Of a stretch of DNA of 64,000 bases, positions 10,370 through 19,650 are shown in pieces (the stretch's first letter is position 1; each line of letters begins with the position of its first letter). The notes beneath the pieces were generated by a model. The model was not told the DNA's origin, did no database searches, and worked only from the letters and a program-made list of their open reading frames with translations. The stretch lies in the NCBI GenBank assembly GCA_017621735.1, contig JAGASM010000006.1:13036-77035 (forward strand), read 5' to 3'. Source of the stretch: Clostridia bacterium. Its GTDB lineage: Bacteria > Bacillota > Clostridia > Christensenellales > Borkfalkiaceae. The translations under genes and the position numbers were made by a program.

Positions 10370-10398
10370 AAATCGCGGGAAAATTTCCCGCGATTTTC
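10370..10398 (+). terminator. Rho-independent terminator after spoIIID
   Basis: ATCGCGGGAA / TTCCCGCGAT stem followed by TTTT. Confidence 0.7.
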
Positions 10399-10410
10399 AC
10401 TTTTCCAAGA

Positions 10411-10439
10411 TTGTCAATCGCTTCAAAATATGATATAAT
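10411..10439 (+). promoter_or_regulatory. Sigma-A-type promoter (TTGTCA-17-TATAAT)
   Basis: Hexamers read directly from the sequence. It lies upstream of AGGAGG and ATG 10462. Confidence 0.65.
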
Positions 10440-10461
10440 CATATCGAAAATAGGAGGCGTT

Positions 10462-13401
10462 ATGGCGAACTTATTAGGAATTGACGTCGGATCGACAACG
10501 GTAAAAGTATGCGTTGTCGACGGGACGGGCGCAATCGTTTATACCTCGTACGTGCGGCATTTTTCTCGCGTAAAGGAATGTCTGCTCGGCGAACTCCGCA
10601 AAATCAGCGCGTTCGGCACGGCGTTTCGCGTGAGTATTACAGGCTCTGCGGGGCTTGGACTTGCCCAACGCGGAAACCTCCCGTTTGTACAAGAGGTGCA
10701 AGCGGCTTACGGCGCAATTAAAAAATATTATCCCGACGCGGACGTCGCCGTCGAACTCGGCGGGGAAGACGCAAAGATCATCTTCCTTACGGGCGGAACG
10801 GAACAGCGTATGAACGGCAGTTGCGCGGGCGGAACGGGCGCGTTTATCGACCAAATGGCAACTCTTCTCGATTTGACCGTAAACGAGATGGACGATCTTG
10901 CGCTCAAAGCGGAACGCGTCTATCCCATTGCCTCCCGCTGCGGGGTATTCGCAAAGTCGGATATCCAACCGCTGCTCAATCAAGGGGCGAAAAAGGAGGA
11001 TATCGCGGCGTCCATCTTCCGCGCCGTCGTCGATCAAACGGTGTCGGGGCTTGCGCAAGGGCGTAAAATCAAGGGGAAAGTTCTCTTTTTGGGCGGTCCT
11101 TTGTACTTTTTGAAGGCGTTGCGAAAAGCGTTTTGCGATACGCTCGGCTTGGATGCCGAACACGCGGTTTTCCCCGAAAATGCTCCTTGCTTTATGTCGA
11201 TCGGGGCAGCCATGTCCGCGAAAGAGGGGAAAGAGGAGCGTTTGGAAGATATCCTTTCTCGCCTTACGTCCCTGCCCGACGGCGGGGAAGTAACGACGTC
11301 GGAACCGCTGTTTTCTTCAAAAGAAGAATACAGTGCGTTTATTCAGCGGCACAAGCAAAGCGATTTACAGTTTGAAGACGTGCGCACCTATCAAGGGGAC
11401 GCGTATTTGGGCATTGATTCGGGATCTACGACGACCAAACTCATGTTGATCACGCCCGAGAATAAGGTGCTCTATTCTCACTATCAATCGAACAACGGAC
11501 AACCTCTCTTGATCGTCGCGGACAAATTGCGCGAAATTTATCACATGATCGGAGAAAAAATCAATATTCGCGCCGCATGCGTAACGGGATACGGAGAAGA
11601 TATGATGAAAGCGGCGTTGAAAATCGACTTCGGCGTTGTAGAAACGGTCGCGCACTTTAAGGCGGCGCTTCACTTTAATCCGAACGTCGACTTTATCATC
11701 GACATCGGCGGACAGGATATCAAATGCTTTAAGGTAAAAAACCGTGCAATCGATTCGATCATGCTCAACGAGGCGTGTTCTTCGGGGTGCGGATCGTTCA
11801 TTCAAACGTTTGCAAAGGCGATGGGAATGGACGTAGAGTCCTTCTCTCGGCTCGGGCTGTTTGCAAAGCACCCCGTGGAACTTGGATCCCGTTGCACGGT
11901 ATTTATGAACAGTTCGGTCAAGCAAGCGCAAAAGGAAGGGGCGACCGTCGAGGATATCTCCGCGGGACTTTCTTCTTCCATCGTGAAAAACGCCATTTAT
12001 AAGGTCATTCGCGCAAAGACGCCCGAGGAGTTGGGTAAGCATATCGTCGTACAGGGCGGAACGTTTCTAAACGACGCGGTACTCCGTTCGTTTGAAAAGG
12101 AAACGGGGCGCGAAGTCGTCCGTCCCGCCATTGCAGGATTGATGGGGGCATTCGGTGCGGCGCTTTACGCAAAGGAAAATTCTTCCGTCAACGATTTGAC
12201 GAGTTCACTCATCACGGAGGCGGAATTGCAGCGGTTTACCTATTCTTCCCGATCCGTCGTGTGCAAGGGATGTACGTCCCATTGTAACGTCAACGTTCTT
12301 ACCTTTTCGGACGGACGAAAGTTTATTTCGGGCAATAAATGCGAGCGCGGTGCGGGCGGAAAACCGTCTACGGACGCGCCCGATCTTTACGCCTACAAAT
12401 ATCAACTGCTTGAAAAGACGCCCCGCGCCGAGTGCGGGAAACGGGGAAGGGTGGGGCTTCCCGTTCAACTTGTAACGTTTGAACAACTTCCTTTGTGGAC
12501 GGCGTTTTTTGAAACGTGCGGGTTTGAAGTGGTGTTTTCCGATCAAAGTTCGCGCGAATTATACTTTAAGGGACAGCACACGGTGGCAAGCGATACGGCG
12601 TGTTATCCCGCAAAACTCATGCACGGGCACGTGGAATCCCTTTTGGACAAAGGGGTAGATTTTATCTTCTATCCGTGCGAAAGTTACAATTTCGACGAGC
12701 AATCAACGGTAAACCGCTATAACTGTCCTGTCGTTGCCTATTATGCGGAACTGTTAAAAGCGAATAACGAACGGTTAAACAGCGAGAATTTTATTTCTCC
12801 CTACTTGGATCTTTGCAACGAAAAAACGGCGGTAAAAGCGCTTGTTCGCGCATTGAGAAGGTATCGCGTTCCCGCGCGCCTCATCAAAAAGGGACTGCGC
12901 GAAGGAATGAAACGGCAATCGGCTTTTCACGAAAAAGTGGTTGAAAAAGGGTCGGAAATTCTTGCCCTTGCGGAAAAAGAAGGGCGTCCCGTCGTCGTTT
13001 TGGCGGGAAGACCGTATCACGTCGATCCCGAAATCAATCACGGAATCAACAAGTTGCTCAATTCGCTTGGGATCGCCGTTGTGTCGGAGGACGCGGTGTT
13101 CGAACGCGCGGAGAGGGTAAAGGTAAACGTACTCGATCAGTGGACGTATCACGCCCGCCTTTACCGTGCGGCGGAATTTGTTTCCCGCCGTCCAAACGTC
13201 AATCTCGTGCAACTCGTTTCCTTTGGGTGCGGAATCGACGCGATTACGACGGACGAGGTGCGGGCGATCTTGGAAAAGAACGGCAAACTGTATACGCAAA
13301 TCAAAATCGACGAAATTAACAATTTGGGCGTCGTTAAAATCAGATTGCGTTCTATGCTTGCCGCTATGGATGAACAAAAGAACGCGAGGAGGGACGTATG
13401 A
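10462..13401 (+). CDS. BcrAD/BadFG-family double ATPase (acyl-CoA dehydratase activase-like) with a C-terminal DUF2229-like domain
   Basis: Two actin-fold ATPase starts (LLGIDVGSTTVKV and YLGIDSGSTTTKLM). The long C-terminal domain is Cys-rich. The ORF opens at 10366, but AGGAGG precedes ATG 10462. Confidence 0.85.
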   Translation: MANLLGIDVGSTTVKVCVVDGTGAIVYTSYVRHFSRVKECLLGELRKISAFGTAFRVSITGSAGLGLAQRGNLPFVQEVQAAYGAIKKYYPDADVAVELGGEDAKIIFLTGGTEQRMNGSCAGGTGAFIDQMATLLDLTVNEMDDLALKAERVYPIASRCGVFAKSDIQPLLNQGAKKEDIAASIFRAVVDQTVSGLAQGRKIKGKVLFLGGPLYFLKALRKAFCDTLGLDAEHAVFPENAPCFMSIGAAMSAKEGKEERLEDILSRLTSLPDGGEVTTSEPLFSSKEEYSAFIQRHKQSDLQFEDVRTYQGDAYLGIDSGSTTTKLMLITPENKVLYSHYQSNNGQPLLIVADKLREIYHMIGEKINIRAACVTGYGEDMMKAALKIDFGVVETVAHFKAALHFNPNVDFIIDIGGQDIKCFKVKNRAIDSIMLNEACSSGCGSFIQTFAKAMGMDVESFSRLGLFAKHPVELGSRCTVFMNSSVKQAQKEGATVEDISAGLSSSIVKNAIYKVIRAKTPEELGKHIVVQGGTFLNDAVLRSFEKETGREVVRPAIAGLMGAFGAALYAKENSSVNDLTSSLITEAELQRFTYSSRSVVCKGCTSHCNVNVLTFSDGRKFISGNKCERGAGGKPSTDAPDLYAYKYQLLEKTPRAECGKRGRVGLPVQLVTFEQLPLWTAFFETCGFEVVFSDQSSRELYFKGQHTVASDTACYPAKLMHGHVESLLDKGVDFIFYPCESYNFDEQSTVNRYNCPVVAYYAELLKANNERLNSENFISPYLDLCNEKTAVKALVRALRRYRVPARLIKKGLREGMKRQSAFHEKVVEKGSEILALAEKEGRPVVVLAGRPYHVDPEINHGINKLLNSLGIAVVSEDAVFERAERVKVNVLDQWTYHARLYRAAEFVSRRPNVNLVQLVSFGCGIDAITTDEVRAILEKNGKLYTQIKIDEINNLGVVKIRLRSMLAAMDEQKNARRDV

Positions 13402-14666
13402 AAAAACAACCGTTAAGTTTTGTCGATTATACGGACGAATTTCCCCGTTTTACCAAGGAGAAAAAGGGGGAATATACCCTCTTGATTCCCGATATGCTCC
13501 CGCATCATTTCCGCCTTCTTTCTCACGTTTTGAAACTGGAAGGGTACCGTGCGGAGGTGCTGGAAAATCACTCGCGCGCGGTCATCGACGAGGGACTCAA
13601 ACACGTCCATAACGATACGTGTTTTCCCGCGCTTTGCGTCATCGGACAGTATTTGGACGCGTTAAAGAGTGGAAAATACGACGTCGACCGCACGGCGGTG
13701 CTCATTACGCAGTCGGGCGGCGGGTGCCGTGCCAGCAACTACGTTCCGCTCATTCGAAAGGCGCTTCGGGCGGAATTTCCGCAAGTCCCCGTCGTGTCCC
13801 TCAACTTTTCCGGCTTGGAAAAGGGGAGCGGCTTGGACGTAACCGCCCCTCTGTTACTCAAACTCGCTTATGCGATTTTTTACGGCGACCTCGTGATGAG
13901 TCTTTACAATCAAACGAAGCCGTACGAAAAAAACGAAGGGGAAACGGATCGGGTGAGAAACGAATGCCTTTCTCGGTTAGAGGAAGCGTTCAGTAAAAAA
14001 CGGCAAGGCAAATTCCGCAAACACGTAACTTTCATTTTAGAGGCGTTTTCCGCCGTTCCCGTGCGGACGGAAAAGCGCGTCAAGGTGGGAATCGTGGGGG
14101 AAATTTACGTCAAATATTCTCCGCTCGGCAATTCTCATTTGGAAGAATTTTTACTTTCGGAAGGGTGTGAACCCGTCGTTCCCGCGCTTATGGATTTTGT
14201 CCTTTACTGTATCGTCAATAACTTGAACGACGCAAAGTTTTACGGGCGCAAAAGTTTGGCAACGGTCATCTTTTCCTTTGTGTACCGTTGGCTTTACAAA
14301 AAGCAAAAAAACCTCATCCGCATGACGGAAAAGGGGGGCAGGTACGAGCCGTTGCACGATTTCGAGCATTTACGCGCGGCGGCGGACAAGGTCATTCACC
14401 AAGGGGTAAAGATGGGGGAAGGCTGGCTGATCCCCGCGGAGATGGCGGCGCTTTACGAAACGGGAACGGAAAACGTTGTATGCGCGCAACCGTTCGGGTG
14501 TTTACCCAACCATATCGCGGGGAAGGGTGCCGTGCGCGCGCTTAAAAAGTTATATGAAGATATCAACGTCGTTCCCGTCGACTACGATCCTTCCGCGACG
14601 AAAGTCAATCAGGAGAACCGCATCAAACTCATGCTCGCTTCCGCGCGGGAAAAGTTGAACGGTTAA
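13398..14666 (+). CDS. 2-hydroxyacyl-CoA dehydratase-family / activase-associated protein
   Basis: ATGA overlap with the activase gene. It carries conserved Cys patterns (CFPALC, GGGCRASNY, CAQPFGCLPNH) typical of partners of these activases. Confidence 0.75.
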   Translation: MKKQPLSFVDYTDEFPRFTKEKKGEYTLLIPDMLPHHFRLLSHVLKLEGYRAEVLENHSRAVIDEGLKHVHNDTCFPALCVIGQYLDALKSGKYDVDRTAVLITQSGGGCRASNYVPLIRKALRAEFPQVPVVSLNFSGLEKGSGLDVTAPLLLKLAYAIFYGDLVMSLYNQTKPYEKNEGETDRVRNECLSRLEEAFSKKRQGKFRKHVTFILEAFSAVPVRTEKRVKVGIVGEIYVKYSPLGNSHLEEFLLSEGCEPVVPALMDFVLYCIVNNLNDAKFYGRKSLATVIFSFVYRWLYKKQKNLIRMTEKGGRYEPLHDFEHLRAAADKVIHQGVKMGEGWLIPAEMAALYETGTENVVCAQPFGCLPNHIAGKGAVRALKKLYEDINVVPVDYDPSATKVNQENRIKLMLASAREKLNG

Positions 14667-15040
14667 AATACGTTTTCGGGGGTGGCGCGGTAGGCGTCCG
14701 GAACGGCAGAACACAACTGAATTAAGACTTCCAACTTGGAAAGTGCCAAGGGGAAGTCTTTTTTTGCAACAAAGATCTTCGCTTCCGCTAAATAGTCGTC
14801 CACGCGTGCAATATCTTCGTGTGGGATTAGCGCGTAGAGCACGCGCTTCTTTTCTTCCCAAAGCGTTTTGAGGGAGTTTAAGTCCTCTTCCGTTGCGCGC
14901 TCTTCTTCTACCTTTTGCGTGTTTGCGGCAAGCGCGGTTTCAAATTGATGAAATTGCGAACGAACGAGGGTTGTTTCCGTAAGCGTTATGCCGAATACGG
15001 CAACCAAAGCGATTGCAATGCTAATCAAAGATTTAATCAT
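14663..15040 (-). CDS. DUF4363-like small membrane-anchored protein
   Basis: One N-terminal TM helix and a helical body. It sits downstream of a DUF421 gene, which is the usual pairing. The ORF opens at 15103, but ATG 15040 follows GGAG. Confidence 0.65.
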   Translation of the reverse strand: MIKSLISIAIALVAVFGITLTETTLVRSQFHQFETALAANTQKVEEERATEEDLNSLKTLWEEKKRVLYALIPHEDIARVDDYLAEAKIFVAKKDFPLALSKLEVLIQLCSAVPDAYRATPENVF

Positions 15041-15133
15041 AACGTATCTCCGTAATTGATATTTTATTGTGCAAAGACAAGAAACTGCCGTGCGAATTTT
15101 CAAGTAGAGGTTGTTTTATTCCGTCGGCGAAAA

Positions 15134-15823
15134 CTACCAAGCAATTCCGTGCGGGAGCGGAACGGTAAACGTGCGGTATTTTTTTCCTTTTTCCTGTAAA
15201 TAAATTTTCCCTTCGCCGTCCGCAGTCAACACGAGAACGCGTTTATATGAAGAAACTCCTTTACCCTTCAAAATCCCATCGAAAAAAGAACGGGAAAGTC
15301 CCGTTAGAGAAAGATTGTTTGTATCGTATTCTCCGTTATTGATGATTACGAGGGGGAGTGAGGTATTCATTTCCGAAAATCCTTGTTTGGGAAGGGCGGA
15401 AAACATGCCGTTGGATTCGTAAAGGGCATAGTCGATGCAGTCGAGAGAAGAATACCCCGCCACGCGAAGAGATTCGATCAGGTCGGCGATATCGAGGTTA
15501 TTCTTTTTTAATTGAAATTCGTCGATTCCGTTCTTGTTTACCACGAGGCTGGGTTTTCCGCTGATGAACGGTTTTAACCGTTTCATTTTTAAGTCGACGA
15601 GGGTAATGATTTCATGTAATGCGAAAATCGTGAGAACGGCGACGGCGCCGTATAAAAGGGGAATGGACGTGTCCGCCATCGGAATACAGGCAAGGTCTGC
15701 AACGACGAGTGTGATGACGAGTTCGAACGGTTGCATTTCTCCGATTTGCCGTTTTCCCATCGCGCGAATGACGACAAGAAGGAGTAAAAAGACGATGGCG
15801 GTACGTATTACAATGAGCAGCAT
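15134..15823 (-). CDS. DUF421 (YetF-like) membrane protein
   Basis: The motif GKRQIGEMQPFELVITLVVADL and the C-terminal soluble domain fit the family. ORF 15134..16321 is open further upstream, but that extension overlaps the opposite-strand riboswitch and promoter. The ATG at 15823 gives the family-typical N-terminus. Confidence 0.8.
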   Translation of the reverse strand: MLLIVIRTAIVFLLLLVVIRAMGKRQIGEMQPFELVITLVVADLACIPMADTSIPLLYGAVAVLTIFALHEIITLVDLKMKRLKPFISGKPSLVVNKNGIDEFQLKKNNLDIADLIESLRVAGYSSLDCIDYALYESNGMFSALPKQGFSEMNTSLPLVIINNGEYDTNNLSLTGLSRSFFDGILKGKGVSSYKRVLVLTADGEGKIYLQEKGKKYRTFTVPLPHGIAW

Positions 15824-15866
15824 GTCAAAAGTTTGCGCGCGTTTGCAAAAAAGTATGCAAAAACAG

Positions 15867-15895
15867 TTGCATTTACGGAAGAACAGGCGTATAAT
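15867..15895 (+). promoter_or_regulatory. Sigma-A-type promoter (TTGCAT-17-TATAAT) driving the THF riboswitch
   Basis: Hexamers read directly from the sequence, about 10 nt upstream of the aptamer. Confidence 0.7.
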
Positions 15896-15904
15896 AAAAA
15901 AAAC

Positions 15905-15995
15905 GAAGAGTAGCCATCGGCGCGTTAAGTGTTGCGAAACGGGACGTTGTTCGCAAACGAAAGGGTTTTCCTGCGGTGCCATGGCGCGTCCGCTC
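15905..15995 (+). promoter_or_regulatory. THF (tetrahydrofolate) riboswitch aptamer
   Basis: GAAGAGUAG..CGCGUUAAGUG..GGGACGUUGU..ACGAA..GCGGUG..CGUCCGCUC matches block for block my recollection of the THF-riboswitch consensus and crystallised aptamer sequence. A hairpin follows that can pair ACCUC with the GAGGU of the SD. Confidence 0.85.
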
Positions 15996-16049
15996 AAAAC
16001 GCGCAATGCGCTCAACTTTGCGGACCTCTCCATATCGGGAGGTTTTTTT

Positions 16050-16706
16050 ATGTTAAAAGAAGAAAGTTTCAAACACCATTCTGCAAAACGAACGTTGCTT
16101 TCCCCCTTTTTGGAGGGTAAAACGCGGTCGAAGATCATCGCGTATACGGCGATCGTCGCGGCGGTATGTATCGTTGCAAATACGTTCTTGGAAATTAAGT
16201 TTTCCGACGTGCAATTTTCTTTTACCATATACGTTTCCATTCTTTCGGGAATCCTCATCGGGCCGTTTCTCGGATTCGGAGCAGTCTTTTTGGGGGATTT
16301 CGTCGGGTATCTTTTGAACAATTGGGGGTTCGTCTATATGCCGTGGGTGGGACTTTCGTCGGCGGCATTCGCCTAGATTGCGGGGCTTTTGATGAACGGC
16401 GTCCGCCTGTCTTTCCGTGGGGGAACGTACGTAAAACTTGCACTTGTGTGCGTGCTTTCCTTCCTTGTTTGCACGGCGGGGATCAACACGCTCGGATTTT
16501 ATTTTTATAACAAAGGGGCGTTTTCCCCTGCGGTCATCGAGTATTTTGAGGCGGAGTTCGGCGGCGTCGCGTCATACTTTGCCTACCTTTGTTACCGCTT
16601 GTTTTTCAAGTTGCAAATTCTAAACAGTTTGCTAAATTACGCGCTTTTATTTTTGACTGTACCGATTCTCAATTCCGTCAAGGCACTTCGCGTGAAAATT
16701 GAGTAA
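16050..16706 (+). pseudogene. folT: Folate-family ECF transporter S component (FolT-like) interrupted by one in-frame TAG (16374-16376)
   Basis: ORF 15534..16376 (useful part from ATG 16050, after GGGAGG) and ORF 16389..16706 are in the same frame. Only TAG plus 4 sense codons separate them. The joined product is a six-helix-type membrane protein downstream of a THF riboswitch. Confidence 0.6.
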
Positions 16707-16803
16707 AAATTGCTTTTTCCGTCAGCCCGATTTTTGTAATCGGGTTGACTTTTTTTTCGTTGTGTATTATACTGTAGAAAATACTTTGCAAAGAAGGGGA
16801 ATT

Positions 16804-17742
16804 ATGAACGAACTGCTTAATCCGTCCATTACGATCTTCGGGTTTCAGATATACTACTATGCTATCGTCATCGTCGTAGGGCTTGTTCTTGCAACCTGCC
16901 TTTCCGCGCTCATGATGAAACGTAGAAACATGTCGCCCGATTTCGTGTTTACGCTCTTTATTTTTTGTATTCCGTCGGCGCTTATTTGCGCACGCCTTTA
17001 CTATTGCGTAACGGACGGAATGCACGTGTCCGACTGGTTCCGTTGGGAGAGTATCCGAAGCGGCGGACTTTCCATTCTCGGCGGGGTGCTCGGCGGAGTG
17101 CTTGCGGGGCTTATCGTTTGCCTTGTAAAGCGGGCGAATTTCTTCCGCGCGGCGGACTGCGTCGTTCCCACCATTTTAATTGCGCAGGCAATCGGAAGAT
17201 GGGGGAATTATTTTAACCAAGAAGTATACGGATCTTTGATTACCGATCCTGCGTGGCAATGGTTCCCGTGGGCGGTAGAGATCGGCGGAAATTATTATCA
17301 CGCACTCTTCTTTTACGAAAGCGTGATCAATACGATCGGGTTTTTGCTTATTTACGGCGCGGCGTGGAATTTTACAAAAAAGCCGAACGGCTTGTTTGCC
17401 TTCCTCTATTTTGCATGGTACGGTTCGGTGCGCGCGTTGATGGAGCCTCTCCGCAACAGTCAATACATTTTAGGCGACGGAATTATGTGGTCGCAGGTAA
17501 CTTCTATCATTATGGCGGCGGCGGCGCTTGTGGCGATTGCTATTTTGCTTGCCGTCAACTATAAAAAGGAAGGTTCGCTGATCGGAAGCAGAAAGGGAGA
17601 TCCGTGCGCGATTACCGAATTTGCAAAATCGTATAAGGACGAAGTGCCTTATTTTAGCAAAATCAATCTTTTAGGGGCGAACTATCCGCCCAAGCCCGCA
17701 AAGACGCCGAAGGCAAAAGGGAAAGATAAAGAAAAGAAATGA
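16804..17742 (+). CDS. lgt: Prolipoprotein diacylglyceryl transferase
   Basis: Lgt hallmarks IYYYAIVIVVGL and GRWGNYFNQEVYG. ATG 16804 follows AAGGGG; the ORF opens earlier at 16699. Confidence 0.9.
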   Translation: MNELLNPSITIFGFQIYYYAIVIVVGLVLATCLSALMMKRRNMSPDFVFTLFIFCIPSALICARLYYCVTDGMHVSDWFRWESIRSGGLSILGGVLGGVLAGLIVCLVKRANFFRAADCVVPTILIAQAIGRWGNYFNQEVYGSLITDPAWQWFPWAVEIGGNYYHALFFYESVINTIGFLLIYGAAWNFTKKPNGLFAFLYFAWYGSVRALMEPLRNSQYILGDGIMWSQVTSIIMAAAALVAIAILLAVNYKKEGSLIGSRKGDPCAITEFAKSYKDEVPYFSKINLLGANYPPKPAKTPKAKGKDKEKK

Positions 17743-19169
17743 GGAACTTAACCCTTTTAACCGATCTGTATCAACTGACGATGGGATACGGATATTTCCG
17801 AGAGGGGAAGCACGAGCAAGAAGCGGTGTTCGACGTGTTTTTCCGTCCCAACAAATTGATTACCTATTCGGTCGCCTCGGGAACGGAACAGGTTGCCGAC
17901 TATTTGCAATCCCTCCGTTTTACCGAAGACGACGTTTCTTATTTGCGTTCTTTGGGGCTTTTTTCCGAAGAGTATTTGACGTATTTGCTCCGTTTGCGAT
18001 TCACGGGGGACGTGTATAGCGTTCGGGACGGGGAAATCGTATTCCCTTACGAGCCGATCGTAACGGTTAAAGCGCCGATGATTCAAGCGCAAATAATCGA
18101 AACGGCGCTGCTGACCTTTTTGAATCATCAAACGCTCATTGCGTCCAAAGCGGCAAAAATTTGCGCGGCGGCGGAAGGAAACGTGATGGAGTTTGGGCTT
18201 CGTCGCGCGCAAGGCGCAGACGCGGGAATTTACGGTGCGCGCGCCGCAATCATCGGCGGATGCACTTCGACGTCTAACGTCTACGCGGGCAAAGCGTTCG
18301 GCGTTCCCGTTGCGGGGACGATGGCGCACAGTTGGGTGATGAATTTTCCCGATGAAGAGAGCGCCTTCCGCGCCTACGCGGAAAGTTTTCCCGAAAATTG
18401 CTTACTTCTCGTAGACACGTACGATACCCTTTCGAGCGGGGTTCCAAACGCAATTAAAATTTTCAAAGAATTGCGCGCGCGCGGTTATGAGCCAAAGGGA
18501 ATTCGCCTTGATTCGGGCGACCTTGCCTATCTTTCCAAAAAGGCGCGCGAAATGCTCGACGAGGCAGGGTTTGAAGGGGCGATCATTTGTGCTTCGGGTG
18601 ATTTGGACGAAGGAAGTATCCGTTCGTTGAAAAACCAAGGGGCGAAGATCGATTTGTGGGGCGTAGGAACAAAACTCATTACGAGTGCAGATATGCCTGC
18701 GCTCGGCGGGGTGTATAAACTTGCCGCGGTATACGAAGACGGAAAGGAAATCCCCAAAATCAAACTTTCCAACACGACGGAAAAAATTACGAATCCCGCA
18801 TTTAAGGACGTTTATCGCATTTACGATAAAAACACGGACAAAGCGATTGCCGATTTGGTCGTTTTATTTGGGGAAGAGATCGACGAGAAACAGCCGCTCG
18901 TCCTCTTTCATCCGATCGAAACGTGGAAGCGCATGACGATAACCGATTTCCGCGTGAGAAAATTGCGCGAACAACTCTTTTCAAGAGGAGAACGGCTCGT
19001 TAAGGCGCGCCCGATCAAAGAGCATGCGGAATATTTCAAAAAAGAGTACGCGCGTTTTTGGGAAGAGTATACGCGGTTGGACGTTCCGCATATTTATAAA
19101 GTGGACTTGTCCGAATCACTCTACCGATTAAAAGCGCAAATGGTAGATCAGTACCGAAAAGGGGAATGA
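17739..19169 (+). CDS. pncB: Nicotinate phosphoribosyltransferase
   Basis: N-terminus LLTDLYQLTMGYGYF and GTMAHSWV are typical of NAPRTase. It overlaps the lgt stop. Confidence 0.9.
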   Translation: MRNLTLLTDLYQLTMGYGYFREGKHEQEAVFDVFFRPNKLITYSVASGTEQVADYLQSLRFTEDDVSYLRSLGLFSEEYLTYLLRLRFTGDVYSVRDGEIVFPYEPIVTVKAPMIQAQIIETALLTFLNHQTLIASKAAKICAAAEGNVMEFGLRRAQGADAGIYGARAAIIGGCTSTSNVYAGKAFGVPVAGTMAHSWVMNFPDEESAFRAYAESFPENCLLLVDTYDTLSSGVPNAIKIFKELRARGYEPKGIRLDSGDLAYLSKKAREMLDEAGFEGAIICASGDLDEGSIRSLKNQGAKIDLWGVGTKLITSADMPALGGVYKLAAVYEDGKEIPKIKLSNTTEKITNPAFKDVYRIYDKNTDKAIADLVVLFGEEIDEKQPLVLFHPIETWKRMTITDFRVRKLREQLFSRGERLVKARPIKEHAEYFKKEYARFWEEYTRLDVPHIYKVDLSESLYRLKAQMVDQYRKGE

Positions 19170-19170
19170 C

Positions 19171-19650
19171 ATGTTAAAACTGTTTACGGAAAAAAACGTC
19201 CGTAATTTAATATCCCGCTTAAAGGAAGAGTATGCGGATGTTTTGCATAAGCAACGGGAGAGAACGGAAGAACTCAAAAAGGAAAACGTTGCCCTTCGCG
19301 CCCGTTTAAGTAAGTTGGAAGGGGAAAGAGAAGACGTAACCGACGCCGTCTTAAAAATTCAGTCGGCGGAAAAACGTGTGATAAAAGAAGGGGCGGCGGC
19401 GCTCGAAAACGAACGCAGAGAGTTGCAACTGCTCGCCGAAAAATGCCGTGCGCTGTCGGGCGCACTCATTAAAAAATATCCCGACGAGGAAGATTGCAGG
19501 CAGTTTGCGTCGTTTACCGACGAATTGAACGCTCGCCTCGGTTTGGAAGAAGAAAGCGGTTTTCATATGGAAGACGTACTTGCGCCGACGTACCCGCTTG
19601 ATTTAGAGCAACTTTGTAAAGATCTCGGCGTAATGGAGGAACAGGAATGA
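19171..19650 (+). CDS. Hypothetical coiled-coil protein
   Basis: Heptad-rich and charged, with no TM helix. It is tightly packed between pncB and lspA. Confidence 0.55.
   Translation: MLKLFTEKNVRNLISRLKEEYADVLHKQRERTEELKKENVALRARLSKLEGEREDVTDAVLKIQSAEKRVIKEGAAALENERRELQLLAEKCRALSGALIKKYPDEEDCRQFASFTDELNARLGLEEESGFHMEDVLAPTYPLDLEQLCKDLGVMEEQE

Noticed and set aside
15824-16321. The N-terminal 166-aa extension of minus-strand ORF 15134..16321, and the front part of + strand ORF 15534..16376.
   Set aside because: The extension overlaps the opposite-strand promoter, THF riboswitch and folT-like start, and it has no family-like sequence. The DUF421 family N-terminus begins at the ATG at 15823. 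The + strand ORF upstream of 16050 is antisense to the DUF421 gene.
16374-16376. Genome-wide TAG reassignment (for example pyrrolysine) as the explanation for the in-frame amber in the folT-like gene.
   Set aside because: TAG ends rlmN (59264-59266) and the DUF421 gene (15134-15136) at sensible protein termini. No pyl genes are seen in the window. A local error, pseudogene or read-through remains possible and is reported as a finding.
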